A stretch of 64,000 bases of DNA, taken from positions 23,997,168 to 24,061,167 of the forward strand of contig NC_058132.1 in NCBI RefSeq assembly GCF_016433145.1. Direction: 5' to 3'. Source of the DNA: Gracilinanus agilis. Taxonomy: Eukaryota. A program made the position numbers and the translations under genes. Numbering within the stretch: position 1 is the stretch's first letter; each line of letters opens with the position of its first letter. The notes under the pieces are model-generated. The model worked only from the letters and a program-made list of their open reading frames with translations. It was not told the DNA's origin and made no database searches. Below, in pieces: positions 31,753 to 45,520 of the stretch.

Positions 31753-34700
31753 ATGCTATTCCTCAAAGAGTCTAGACCCTATCCTCTACCCCAGGATCCA
31801 GCTTCTCATGGCAGATTTCTCCCTTTTACTCTATGAAACCTGTTCCCCTTCCCTCTAACAAAGCACCATAGACCACAAGTCCTCCCAAGATCTCAATATG
31901 GGCATACTAATATTGGATAGATCTTGAGCTTAATATTCATAAGCAAGTAGTTTCTCCCACCCCTGACAGAACATAAACTCCTGGAGGACAGGGATGGTTC
32001 TCTTTTGTGTTTGCGTTCCTGTACCTGGCATATAGCAGGGATTTATTTCTTAAATATCGATTGATTGGTTTTCCCAGTGGCTGCCCACTCTAGGCACTCA
32101 AACCATTGATTCCCAAGTTGGGCCTGGAGCAAGCAAATTTGGGGCATGGAGAAGGGGCTGAGACCTTAGATTGGGTAGGGTTTGACTAGGAGCTTCCCAG
32201 GCCTGGGATAAATGAGGTGCCAGGCTGAGGGCTTGCCCCAGGGAGGCTCAAGCCAAGCCTCTTAAACTCACCAACCTTAGTCAATTAAGCCAATTAAACA
32301 ATTAGCCCCTGGGGCCCCTTCTCCTCTTCCCTCTACTCCGCTGAGGTCTTAAGACTGTCTAATATTGTCTAACTCCTTAAAATTCCATGACACTTAACTT
32401 AGAATATTCTATTTTCTCCCCAGGACTATTGTGCCCAGTGAGTCCTCTGCCAACTTATCCATCACCTCTTTACTTTCTCCAATAGCCATCCTCGGAATCC
32501 TCAACCCCTTACTTCAGACTTGACTATTTGAAGGTTAGGAGAGGGGAGAGGGGCTATTTTGGATCCCTGGGTAGTGGGGGAGTACTAGGGACACTGGGTT
32601 TCTCCCCCCACCTATTAGGAAGTTTTCCTTGTTGTCTATCCTCCTTTGCTCCTGCTGTAACTTCCTACATGGGAACTGTGTGTGTGTCTACATCATCTTT
32701 CTTCTCCCACCTGGAAGGGCTTCTTGCCCATTTTCCCTCTTTCTCTAGGTGGACCTCCTTAGTAGATAAAGTTTCTATCTCTTCCCTGAAAAAAAGCTCC
32801 ATTTCCTCAGCTCTTCCTCTCTCCATAGCCCTTGAGGAAACCCAGGGATATAAAAAGACCCGGATTCCAGTCTTGACTCTGGCACCTTCTGTATGACCTT
32901 GATCAAATGCTTCAGTTTCCCTCTCTGATTTAATTAATGTGGAGGTTGGACTTCACATCTCTAAGGTCAACTCTGACATCCTGGGATTCCACGACTCCTT
33001 TAGCCAGTCCTACCCCCTTGATGCTAGCACAACTCCACTCCCATCCCATATTGCCAGATTCCATAGATGTCTAGCTTAGGGGCCCAGAGAGGGAAAGAAG
33101 AGAACCTCAGGGAACACAGTATACGGGACATAAGAGCCCAACTGAACTTGCATCTTCCTTTGGGATTTGGGAAATTTAACTTCACCTCTAGAGACTGTTC
33201 AAGTGGCCACCAACATCTATCATTCCCCCCACCCTCCTTTGAGCCAAATGGTATCCCTTCTCCAAGATTCTTCTCTGGGGCCCCCTTTCCATAATGCCAG
33301 GGGCTAGAGTCTAGACCCACCCAGGTTCTGTTTCTTCCTAAGTCCTGCATCCCTTCCATGCAGTGGGTGATGTTTTTCCCTGGGATCAGGCACTGGGTTC
33401 CATGTCCTTGTTCCCACCTGGGGAAGAACAGGCTTTGGGAGTGAGGGAGTTTTTAGGAGAGCTCTGGGGCAGCAACTCATTCCCCAGCCCCTGGAAAGGG
33501 TGATTGAATACTTGAGGCTATAAATATGAGGGCTCAGACCTCTAGGCCAAGTGAGGCTGAGAATGGGAGTAGTGTTATTACCAAATTATGAGCCATGACT
33601 TTTTAGAGTCACAGAATCAGAATCTTAAAATCTTGGGATCTTAGGGTTCTAAAGCTGGGACGTCCATTCCAGATCATCTACTCCAACCACCTCAGTTTAC
33701 AAATAGTGAAACTGAGGTCTGTAGCAGGGAGAGACTTACCCAAGGTCACACAGTGTGTGAATCAGGGCTAGAAGCCACATTTCCCAATTTCCAGGCTAAG
33801 GTTTTGTCCTTTCTGAAGAAACAGCAAGGGAATGGGAGGTGGGGGTGGGGAAAGAACACTATCTCTCACAGTCCTCTGGGGGATCCTTCTCAGAGTGGGG
33901 AGACTGATCAGCTGGATCCCGGTTCCCATTCCCAGGTCTGCTCCAGGCAAGGAACAGAGAACAAGAGTAGGGTAGAAGGAAGAAGGGAGGGAGAGTGAGC
34001 TGCCCCGAACAGCCCTGAGCCAGGCTGGGGGCAGGAAGAGCCACAGGAAATCCCCTCCCCCTCCCCCAAACTTCCCTTTCCTCTCATCTTCTGTTGTAGA
34101 AACTGGAAGGAGAGGGAGCCGGGGGGAAAGGGGTGTGTAGTTTAGGGCTCCCTAGATTCTCAGGCTTGATCTGTCCCCTCTTCTTGAACTGGGAAGGCTT
34201 TGCCTATTTTAAGACTCACTGTGTCACCTTGAGCAAGTCTCTTCCCCTTTCTGGGTCTCAGTTTCCCCATCGGTAAAATGAAGGGGCTGGGCTGGATGGT
34301 GTCTAAGGTCCCTTTTGCCTCTGACATTCTAACACTTCTGATATTCTGTGACTAAAGGATCTGCAGCTGGGGAAGGAGGGCAGATCTTGGCTTCATTTAT
34401 TGTAAGGTCTCTAGTATCTGAGAGGGGGGTGGGGCTAGAGCCCTTCCAGAGCAAGTAAAGGGGGTGGGATGGAATGGGGTGAAAGTTCTTCTCCTTCTCC
34501 ACCACTGGCCCCAGCAATCAGCTTGGCCATGGGGGCTGAGGAACCCCAAATTAGAAGAAGGTGAGTTCTTGGTCAAGGTGACCCAGGGGAGGAGCTGAGG
34601 GGTCTCCTTACTCTCCTAAGGCTGAGGGCTAGAAGCTGAACCTATTGGGGTCCCCTGGACACAATAACTTCTGCAGGCTACCCTGAATCTTTCTACCCCT

Positions 34701-35898
34701 TCCCAACGGGGGACAATAATTCTCCTCTATCATAGTCACACACACAGCTCTTCTTACACCTACACAGCCTCCCGTGTCACATACAAGCCCCCACACACCT
34801 GTCAGTCTCCCTCATCAGTCACACTCTTCCATGTCACACACACACACACATACACACACACACAACCACACCCCCATTGCCCAATCATCTGCACACCCCT
34901 CTCTCAGGTCACCCACCTCCCCTGCTACACACATTTCTCCCTCCCCCATCACTGAACACCCTCTAGTGTCGCACAGATATACACACCTGTCAGTCACACT
35001 CAGCACAGTCACACTGCCTCTCATGTCACACACACACAACCACACCCCCATCGCCCAGTCACTAGCTCCCATGTCACACATATACACAATTGCTTGGTCC
35101 CCTCCATCTCTGAGATGTGCCCTCCCCCTTTGCAGAGCCCCTCTGCTCATTTCCTTCCCTTCCCTTGCTAGCCACAGTGAACCCCACTAGGAGACCCTCC
35201 CTATTCAAAACGTACCCCCTCACCTCCCCGAATATGCACACACAGGCCCAGACACCACGGACAGATCCTTCCATGAATCCTTCTACAGATTAGGATAGAA
35301 CATGGAACCAAGGGCCGGAAAGACAACCTCACAAATGAGGCCCGGGGTGGGAGGGGTGTTGGTGGTGGAGACCCCCGCACACCCATCCAAGGGCAGTCAA
35401 ACACCCTCCCCCCCCATCAAGGACACACAATCACACCCACCCACCCACCCGACCAAAGACACACGCACACATACACACACACACCCAAGACACACTAAAT
35501 GGGTGGCTTGGGAAACAGCCGCGCACACAATCACACACACAATCACAGCTTCACACAGATGCCCCCTCCCCCTCACACCAGGTCCATTTCCACCCCTCTT
35601 CCTTCTCATTCTCCTACATCAGTCCTCAGACAAAGCACCCGGGAGGTAGGGAACACTAGAACATCCCTCCCTCCCGCGATTGTGGAATTCTTTCTCTTTT
35701 CCCCCCGCCCCCACCGCTCCCCCTTTGTGCCGGGAGGGGGGAGGGGAGACCCCATTATTGGTGCCACACGGGGGGGGGTTGTGGGGGGGGCCCGGGCACC
35801 TGCAGGAAAGGCTCCAGGGTCAGAGGATCAGGGGAATTGGGGGGATGCTGAAGGAAAATTGGGGGGATGCTTGCGGGGGGGCCTGCACCACTTCTCAC

Positions 35899-35983
35899 CT
35901 CCCGTGTTGCTGCGTTTGGTGCTGACGACCTCGGGGGGCGTCTCTAAGGGCCTCTTGCGGGAGTCCGGGGCCTCGGACTCCAT
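35899..35983 (-). CDS. NOVA2: NOVA2 coding exon 1 ([28 protein letters not shown])
   Basis: ATG in ctccATGG context, NLS-like RKRP, donor GAG|gtgaga; 85 nt. Confidence 0.96.
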
Positions 35984-35995
35984 GGAGGTGCCGTG

Positions 35996-36073
35996 NNNNN
36001 NNNNNNNNNNNNNNNNNNNNNNNNNNNNNNNNNNNNNNNNNNNNNNNNNNNNNNNNNNNNNNNNNNNNNNNNN
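35996..36073. other. Assembly gap in the NOVA2 5' UTR
   Basis: Run of N. Confidence 1.
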
Positions 36074-37468
36074 GGGGCCCCGGCCCCCAAGGGCAGCTCG
36101 GAGAGGAGGCCGAGCCCCCGCCCCCTCCGCTGAGTGGCGCCGGAGAGCTGGGGAGCCTCTGGCGGAGGCGGGAGGGCGGCCAAGCCGCTAGCGGGGGCCC
36201 CGGGGGCGGCGGGCACGGGCGGCGGCGGCGGCGGCGGCAGCAGCAGCGGCTCCTCCCGGGCAGAGCATCCTTTTCGCTCCCCCCTCCCTCCCCTCTCCCG
36301 GGCCCAGCATCCTAGGCCACGCCCACACACGCTCCCATTGGCTCATCTGTCTCTGGAGCCCGCCCTTCCACATGGCCCCTCCCCTTATGGGGCGGGGGGC
36401 GGTGGCATCTGCAGCTGGCTTCGTTGTACCCTAGCAGGATCTCCCTCTTACTCCGCACTTGAGCTGGGGACCATGGAAGGCTACGCGTCCTTCTCCCAAC
36501 TTCTTCCCTGGGCGCTCCAACCAAGCTCCTTGACCCAAATGTCGGAGACTTTGTTCCCTTATGATACCCCAGGAACCTGTCTTGCCTTCTCGGTCTCCCG
36601 CGTCTGACTCTGGTAGAAGTTCTCTAAATCTAACCTCAGGCTCCCCCAGCTTAGCTTCTGCTCTCCCCCTCCGACCCGCGAAAGTCACGGGCTCTGAAGC
36701 CCCCATCCCATGCCGCTCCCTACATACCCCCTAACGGGCATCAGATCGTGGCGCCAGCGGGTCTCCAGGAATCTCTCCTTAGGCTCACACTCCGGGCTGT
36801 TCAGTAGAGCCAGCAAGCTCTGGGCTCCAATTCCGCCCCAGATATGTTAGCCAGGCGACCTCCTGAGCAAGTCCCTTAACCCGACTCAGCCTCGATTTCC
36901 TTCTTTGTAAAATGGAGGTAATCATAGCTCCCACTTCACAGGATTTTAGGTCTTCCCTGCTTTGAGGTCAGCTGTCTATTACCACACGCATTCTCTAAAT
37001 CACTACAGAAATGGAAATGATTATTGTGATTACTAACGAGGAAGAAGTTGTAATTATAATAATGATGATGATAGTAACAACTAACACTGCTATAAAGCTT
37101 TAAGCCCTGAGTTCAAATCCCACCTCAGTCCCATACTAGCTGTGTGATCCTGAGCATGTCACTTAATTTCTAAAGGCTCTAGGCAGTTCTTTAAGACTAT
37201 ATACAATTATAGAGAAGGTGGCTGATCTTCACTGGGAAAATTTCCTCATCTTGGAGTTTCTGATGCAGATTAAATGATGGCTCCAGTCCTATCTTTCTTT
37301 CTTTCTTTCTTTACCCTTAACTTCTGTGCATTGACTCATAGGTGGAAGAGTGGTAAGGGTAGGCAATGGGGGTCAAGTGACTTGCCCAGGGTCACACAGC
37401 TGGGAAGTGTCTGAGGCCAGATTTGAACCTAGGACCTCCCATCTTTAGGCCTGGCTCTCAATCCACTG

Positions 37469-37600
37469 NNNNNNNNNNNNNNNNNNNNNNNNNNNNNNNN
37501 NNNNNNNNNNNNNNNNNNNNNNNNNNNNNNNNNNNNNNNNNNNNNNNNNNNNNNNNNNNNNNNNNNNNNNNNNNNNNNNNNNNNNNNNNNNNNNNNNNNN
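37469..37600. other. Assembly gap within SINE sequence
   Basis: Run of N. Confidence 1.
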
Positions 37601-40600
37601 GTATTAGTTGTAACGACAGAAGAGTAGCAAGGGCTAGGCAATTGGAGTTAAGTGACTTGCCCAAGATTTTACAGCTAGGTCAAATTTGAACCCAGGATCT
37701 CCTGTCTCTAGGCCTGGCTTTCTATCTGCTGAGCTACTTAGTTGCCTCTGATGACATTAATTTTCTTTCATCCCAGTTACAAAGCTTCCTCATGCCCTTA
37801 GTTTTCAGTTTTCTTTCCCATCTCAAATTTTGCCCCATACTCCCTTTAGGATGAACCCAAGCTCTTGGAATCCAAGGACTGTTTTCTGACTTTGCCTCTG
37901 TAGCCCCAGAACCAGGTAAAATGTCTTGTTCATACAGCAGGTACTTAATAAATGCTTACTGGATTGCTTTGGGTCAATACAAACCTGTGTTGTGCTCCAG
38001 GCACTGAATGTTAAGCCATGAAGACACAAAATCAAAAAGAAAAACAGTCCAGAGGCTTAGATTCTAATAACAAAGACAACTCATCCATTTCAAGATATAT
38101 AAGAAATGCATATAGTGTAGGTGGAAGCTAACATTAGAGGGGAAAGCCATTAGCACCTACTGGGTGGAAGGAGACAGAAGTCATGGATTCTAAGAGTGAG
38201 AGATGAGGAAGGAATGCATTCCAGACATGAGGGACACAGCCAGGATAAAGGCTTGGAGAAGAGAGATGAAACACAGAAGAAAAACATTAAGAGCAAGTAG
38301 GTCAGGGTGGCTTAACAAGGGTATAATATTGAAAATTAGAAAGATTGGAAGGGATCAGATTCTAAAAGGCTTTAAATTCCAAACAGAGGAACTGGAAGCC
38401 ATTTCCCTGTTCAAGAACAATCAATGTGTCTCTTTTGCTTCTAGGTCAAATGTAAATACAAATTTCTGAGTTTGATTCTAGCCTATCTAGTTCAGACATT
38501 TTCTTTCCTTTCCATCACATTCCATGATTCAGTCAAATCAGCCCGTTTGCTTTTTCTCAGACCCTGACATTCCAACTCCTGCCTTTGCACAGGCCTGGAA
38601 TTCACTTCCAATTTCCAAAATTCATTTCAATCCTTTGCTTCCTTCAAGGCTTTGCTTGGGTGCTAGGCCTACAAGCAACTTTTCTCTATCCATTTTAGGA
38701 AAAAAAAGTCCTTTCCTCAATGAGCTTCTTCTCTCTTTGTACCTTGTGTCTTTCAGTAGACTGTAAGCACCTAGAGGGCAAGCCCTGTTTTTTATCTTTG
38801 TCTTCACGTGCTCAGTACCGTGCAAATAGGAGATTTGAGAAATACTTGTTGGTTAGGATTTAGTTCAATGACATAAGGGAGATAGTTAGGGTTTAACAAA
38901 GAACTTTTAAAATGAGGTTTTCACTTGAACTTCAGAGCAACCCTGGGGGCAAGAGCTCCATATTTCTTTCTTTATATTTACTCATGTTACAGAGAAGGAA
39001 GTTGAGACACAGAGTGGCTCAAGGGCATACAACTGGTAACATGAAGGTTTCTCCTTGCTCCTAAATCCAATACTTTTTCTTTATACCTTGAACCTCTTTT
39101 GGGGTTGCAAGTATCTTCTTCATGAGGAAGATACCATTACTATACTTTACAAATGAAGAAACTGAGTCAAAGATTCATGAAGTGATTTGCCAGAGGCCAT
39201 AGTCAGAAAGTAGTGTAGCTAGGACTCTAAGTCAACTGAGTTCAAAACTAGGGATTTTTCCATTATAAGATCGTCATAATAGGTTATCCCCCCCCCACCC
39301 CATTCATGTAGGAAGATGTTTGAGGGGACAGCCAGGTGGCTCAGTGAATTGAGAACCAGCCCTAGAAATGGGAGGTTCTGTGTTCAGATCTAATCTCAGA
39401 CACTTCCTAGCTGTGTGACTCTGGGCAAGTCACTTAACCCCCATTACCTACCCCTTATTGCTTTTTTGCCTTGGGACCAATACACAGTATTGGTTCTGAG
39501 ATGGAAGGTGAGGGTTTTAAAGAAAAGAGAAAGATGTTTGGATCCAAAACATCAGGATGATTTGAGGTCAAAATGCTTTGTGAACCTTAAAGTCCCACAT
39601 AAATGTAAACCAGAAAACCTGAGTTCAAATTCAATCTCAGACACTGGTGTGACTCTGGTCAAGTTTCCTTATCAGTAAAATGGGGAAAATAATAGTGCTT
39701 CCTTCACAGGGTTTTAGTGAGGATCAAAATAGATAATCTATGAAAAGTGTTTTGTAAACTTTAAAGCTTATATCAATTTCCAGATTTTACAGATGGGGAA
39801 AGTAAGGCCCATTGTTTAGGGGAAGGGACTTTTTGCAAAGTCTCATAGCAAGCAATAGAACCAGAGATCATCAGAGCAGGGAAGGAATTTAAAAGATCAT
39901 CATAGCTGGCTCCCCTCTTTTCTTTTTTAAAAATCCTTGCCTTCCATCTCAGAATCAATACTGTATATTGGTTCTAAGGCAGAAATGCAGCAAGGGCTAG
40001 GCAATGGGGGTTAAGTGACTCATTCAGGGTCACACAGCTAGGAAGTGTATGAGATCAGATTTGAACCCCGGACATCCCTTTTCTAGGACTGGTTCTCAAT
40101 CTACTGAGCCACCTGGCTGTCCCCTCAAACATCTTTCTACATGAACCCAGAGGGGTGACCTATTATGATGATCATATCATGGAAAGAGCACTAGTTTTGA
40201 ACTCGGTTGACCTAGACTAGAGTCCCAGCTATACTACTTCCTGGCTGTGACCTCTGGCAAATCACTTTAAGAGTCTTTGAACCCTGGACTTCTAGTCTCT
40301 AGACCTGGTTCTCAACCTACTGTCCCCTGACTCCCTTCTTTGTGCATGTAGGGAAACTGAGGCCCAGTGAATTGCTCTTAACTTCCTTAAGATGACACAG
40401 GGAGTCAGAGACTGATAGGGGTCCTTTGAATTCCAGAACCTTCTATTTAAGCAGCCTACATTTCAGATGTTTTATTTGTATGATCTATAATAATGAATAA
40501 TGATAAGACTAGAAGAATGAGAAACAGTAAGATTGATGATAAGCTTCACATTTCTAGAGTGCTTCTGAAGTTTGAAAACAATGGTTTCTCCCAACAACCC

Positions 40601-43600
40601 TATAAAGGAGACAGTATAAATAAAAAATAAATAGCCCTATTTTATTGGTGAGACCTCCTCAAAGGAGGGGAGTGACTTGCTCAAGGCCATACAACCACTG
40701 AATATCTGAACTAGGACTTCAGGTCAGGTGATCCACTGAACTTTATTTTTCCATCTCTTCATACAAAATATCCCCTCAGCTGCCTCTCTCCCTCACTAAG
40801 GGCAACCAGGGCTGTGTCAGTGAGGGTAGGAAGACATATGAAGGAGTAGCTCACTTAGGGATGGCTAGGTGGCTCAGTGGCTAGAACACCAGGCTTGGAA
40901 TGGGGAGGTCCTGGGTTCAAATCTGACCTCAGACACGTCCTAGCTGGGCAAGTCACTTAACCCCAATTGCCTAGCCCTTGCCCTTCAGTATTAGAGCTGT
41001 TACTTGGACAAGAAGTAAGGGTTAAAAAAAAAGTGACTTGGAAATGTCTCTGCTTTAAATAGAAGGTTCCTCCAGTCCTCATCACCAGCTCCTTTGGGAG
41101 TCGCTGGTCCTCGGGACCCTGGGATGGGGAGAATTCCCTGGGGAGACCTTCCACTGAGAGGGCAAGAGAGCCCTGCCCTTTAGAGCCCTGAGTCTGAGAG
41201 TGAAGTACAAGTTATCCCTCTCCTCACCTCTCTGCATCCCTAGAATGGAGGATGGGCCAGGAGCAGATGGTCCCCGGGCTGGGGCAGTCAGGGTGGCTGC
41301 TCCATCTGTCCCCTACTTCCCCCCCCCATTGTCCCCAGAGCCACCATCCCCTCCCTCTGACTGAGGGGGAATGGGGGTGGGGATGGTCCCACATCTGCCT
41401 CCTTTTCTCCCCTGCCAGGAGGGACCACAGAAGCTGGTTGTCCTGGCAACAGGGAAGAGGGGACAAGGATGGAAGATGGCACTTGACAGACAGAAACTCA
41501 TACGGAGAATTCAATAAAATCCCGTAGCCGATCCCCGATCCCCAAGAGGAGCAGACGCTCCGTGAATACACTCCACGGACCCAGGCAGCCCCGGTACATG
41601 CGTGTGATTTCCCCCAAATCCCGGGTCACACCCCAACGGGGAGACACAAAGAGACACAAACAGCCCTCCCCCACTGTATAATGGAAGTATACATTAGCAT
41701 GCAGCCACAGGGCAGACGTAATCGTGCCCAGACACGTAAGCCACACAAACACACGCCACATCCAGGAGGCTCTCTGGGGAGATGACCACACATGACAGCA
41801 CATGGGACACGAACATACATGAGGACGCTCCACGTATACATCCTCCAAAGCACACACAAAGGCACACACACACCTCCTCTCAGATATTTTTAAACCTCTC
41901 TCTACTACCATGACAACGGTCCCCAAGCCCGTCGCTATGGCAACACATCGTCAGCTTTCCAGGCTCCGGGTCCTGGGGGACTGACTAGGCCCCCAACTCA
42001 GCCTTGAAGAGGGGGCTGTCATCAGCCAAGCCTGCTCTGTATAGCCCCGATCCACTCACTTGCATGAAACCCGGAGGAAGGGAGGGGGCTGATGATATGG
42101 ACACCTGGGTCCTCTTTCCTGTCTGGGGAATCCTCCTCTGCTCCTCTGCTCCGCTCTCCCCCATCCCTGGGTTTACCCACCCAGATGGATCATTGAAGGG
42201 GGTGGGGACAGTGGGGGGCAAAGCTTCGACTGGGGGAAAAGTCATTTCAAGCAGCCCACGCCCAGGGGCCATCCTAGCGTCAATGCAGTGGTCAGAAAGC
42301 TAGGATGGAGGAAGGGAAGAGAGAGCCTCTAATTTCTGGGCTCCACTGTGTCCCCTGAGGAAGGCAGAGCAGTGGGAGCTGGCCCCTAGAATCTCCTCTG
42401 GGGCAGAAGACAGTGGGCAGATCAGAGAAGGAAATGAATTCAGCTCAATCAGTATTTACTAAGTGCCCAATAAAGACAGCCCTGAGCCTTGGGAGAGGAG
42501 ACCCCACAATCCCTGGCCTTTCCAGGCATAAAGTCAAACAGAGAGAGCTGGTAGGTGTTCGGGATCTTTGTCTTTCCCTCGCAGAGGGCCACCCTCTCAC
42601 TGAAGCGGGGTAGCAACGTCTTAGAGTCAATCAACCAACTCAGGCATCGCTTAAGAGACGCACTCATTCAGTAAGAGTTTCCTGGTGTCAGGCACTCTCC
42701 AGGGTCCTGAGGAGGCACACACAAAACTGAAGACAGCCTGCCCTCAACAAGTCCCCATTCTATAGGGGAGGGAGCATGTGCCTAGGTACAGGCTTATGGG
42801 AAATGGATGCGACCCGTTATCTGGGGGAAGGGAGGAAGCACTAGCACTGGGCTGGGGAAGGGTACTCGGGGAGGGGGCTTTAGCTGAGTCTCCCAGGATC
42901 CAAGAGGCAGAGTTGAGGAGAGAAGGCAAAGTCATGCAGTAGTTAAAGTAAGGTGTCCTGTATGGCGAAGGGTAACAAGGAGAATTTCTTGGGATCGTAT
43001 ACAGTGAGAAGGGAAGGAATTCATAGTAAGGATGGAAAGAGAATTTGGGGCTTGCGAATATCCAACAGAGGGACTGGCATTTAAAATGATCCCAGCCTCG
43101 AGAGGGAGTTTATGGAGTAAGTGGGTGATCTACCCTGATTCAGAAGCTTTGTAGATCACAGCTTAGCAACTTAGAGAGTGGTCTCAGGCTCAGAGAGGTC
43201 ATGGGACCCAGGCAGGGTCACACAGCAAGAAGGGGTCAGAGTTAGGAGCTTCCAGAGCTCAGACCTTCCGATTCCCAAATCCTCCATGCGACGGATCTAT
43301 GCTGAAAGTGTCAATGGACAGTAAGACTGGATAAGCACCACATAGAGATTAAAGCAAAGTGTCCTTTGGGTGCTGGGGCTGAACGGAGAGTTAGGGAAGG
43401 GTTCCTGAGGATGGAGGAATTTGAGGGGCAGAGCTGCAAACAGGAATTGGAGTACGTGGGCGCAATTCAATGGCTCTGGGTCAGGGGAGATGTCCAAGGT
43501 GAGCACCCCTGGGTGAGACTGAGGCAGACTGGATGCTGAAGGAGGCTGAGGAACAGGAACCAGGGCTGAACTTACTGGAGGTCCAGAGAAGTCGGCCACA

Positions 43601-44599
43601 AAGGCCTAGACTTTATTATTTTGGATTATTATTATTATTAAGTTATTATTATGGGCTTTATTATTTTAAAATTTATTTTTCAAAACCTGTGCCTTCTGTC
43701 TTAGACCCAATACTGTGTATTGGTTCTAAGGCAGAAAAGTGGTAAGGGCTAGGGGGCAATGGGGGCTAAGTGACTGCACAGGGCTACATAGTTAGGAAGT
43801 GTCTGAGACCACATTTGAACCCAGGATTTCCCGTCTTTAGGCCTGACTTGAAATCTACTGAACCACCCAGTTGCCCCCTAAACTGTATAGACTTTATTTT
43901 TTTATTCAAAGCTATTTTATTTTCCCAATTACATGTACAAACAATTGTCATCATAGCTGTCCCCAAATTACAAGATCCACATTTCTCTTACCCTTCCTTC
44001 CCTCCCCCTTCTTGTACATGATAAACAAATTGATCTGGATTATACGGGCACGATCATGCAAAACAGACTTTATTTTTTCACATTATTTTATTTTATTTTA
44101 GAATATTTTCCCATGGTTACATGATTTTTTAATTTTTATTTTTTTCAAAACACACTTTAAAGGAGAGATGGCTACAGAGTGATGGTTGTGGGAGAAGGTC
44201 TGGATGTGGCCAGGAGGAACCCTTGGCCCTATGTGTCCTGTCAAGAGGAGAGAAGAACAAACAACCTTGGAGGGAACCATAATCATTCAATTGCTAAACA
44301 TTTTTAAAGCACCTTATAGATATGAAACTTGGCTGAGTGGTCACAAGACATGCTTATATTATATAACCTCAATTAGGCCCTCACTACTCCAAGACAACCC
44401 TTCTCTACCTCCCTTATCACCCCATTCTCCCATTCTCCATAGCAGTTCTCCTGAACATCTCCCTCTGTCTTCAAAGCTCCCATGGGGCAGCTAGGTAGCA
44501 AGCAGATTGATCAGGAAGACATGAGTTCAAACCTGACTCTGACACTAGCTGTATGATCCTGTTTGCTTCAGTTTACTCATCTGTAAAATGAGCTGGAGA

Positions 44600-45520
44600 A
44601 GGAAATGGCAAACTCTCTGCCAAGAAAACCCCCAATGGGGTCACAATGAGTTGGAAATGACTGAAAAACAATATACATATCATGGTTCCCCTTCCCTCTG
44701 CCCTCTAGGCTGAGAACCTCATATTTCATTGAAAAAATGGAGACCGTTTACCTTGAGCTCTGAACTCTTCCTTCCTCATCATCTTATGTCATCCAACTGT
44801 TTCCCACAACGAGTTCCTTCACTCCTGTCTCACAGATTATGTGGCCCTTCTTCTTGCCAAGGCTAATCTGTCTTCTTTTCCAAGTGATCCCATTCTAGCT
44901 TCTCTGGCAGATTGCCTCCTCCTTCATTCCCTCTCATCTTCAGTCTCTCCTTGTCTATTGGCTTTTTCTTTACTGCTTAGAAACTCATAAGCAGTGTCTC
45001 CACCATCCTCAAAAGCCCTTCACTTGTTGCATCCCTCCCTGCTATTATCTTACCCGTCTAAACTCCCTGAGAAGGCTGCCCAAGATAGATGCCTCCATTC
45101 CCTTTACTCTCAGTCTATTCTAACTCTCTACCATCTAGATTCTGACCTCATCTTTTCATTGAAACTGCTGCCTCCAAATTGCTATTTGGTCTTTTTCTCT
45201 GACATCATCCTTCTTTACAGCCTCTGACACTGAGGTTTTTCCTCTTCTCCTTTGTACTGTCATCTCTCTGCATGACACCACTCTCTCCAGGGTCTCTCAC
45301 TACTTCTTAGTCTTCTTTGCTGGCTCTTCATCCAGGCCATGCCCACTTCTTGTGAGCTTCCAAGAAAGCTAGAGCCTATCCTTGGCCTTTTTCTCTTCTC
45401 TCTCTCCATACTCTTACTTGGTGATCTCATCGGCTCCCACAGATTCAACTATCATCTCTAAACTGATTTCTCAAAATCACTTAACCAGCCTTAACCTCTC
45501 TGTTGACTTCTGGTCTTGCA
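44600..45520. mobile_element. Old LINE-2-like fragment (similar fragments at about 37850-38830 and 50150-50850)
   Basis: Pyrimidine-rich decayed L2-like motifs (ctctgacac, tctctctccatact, ttcaactatcatctct). Confidence 0.55.

Larger units (their letters stand above)
35650..36800 (-). promoter_or_regulatory. NOVA2 CpG-island promoter and 5' UTR
   Basis: GC/CpG-rich; CCAAT at 36341-36337; CCACGCCC KLF/SP box at 36317-36324; GCC/GCT triplet run at 36218-36250. Confidence 0.75.
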
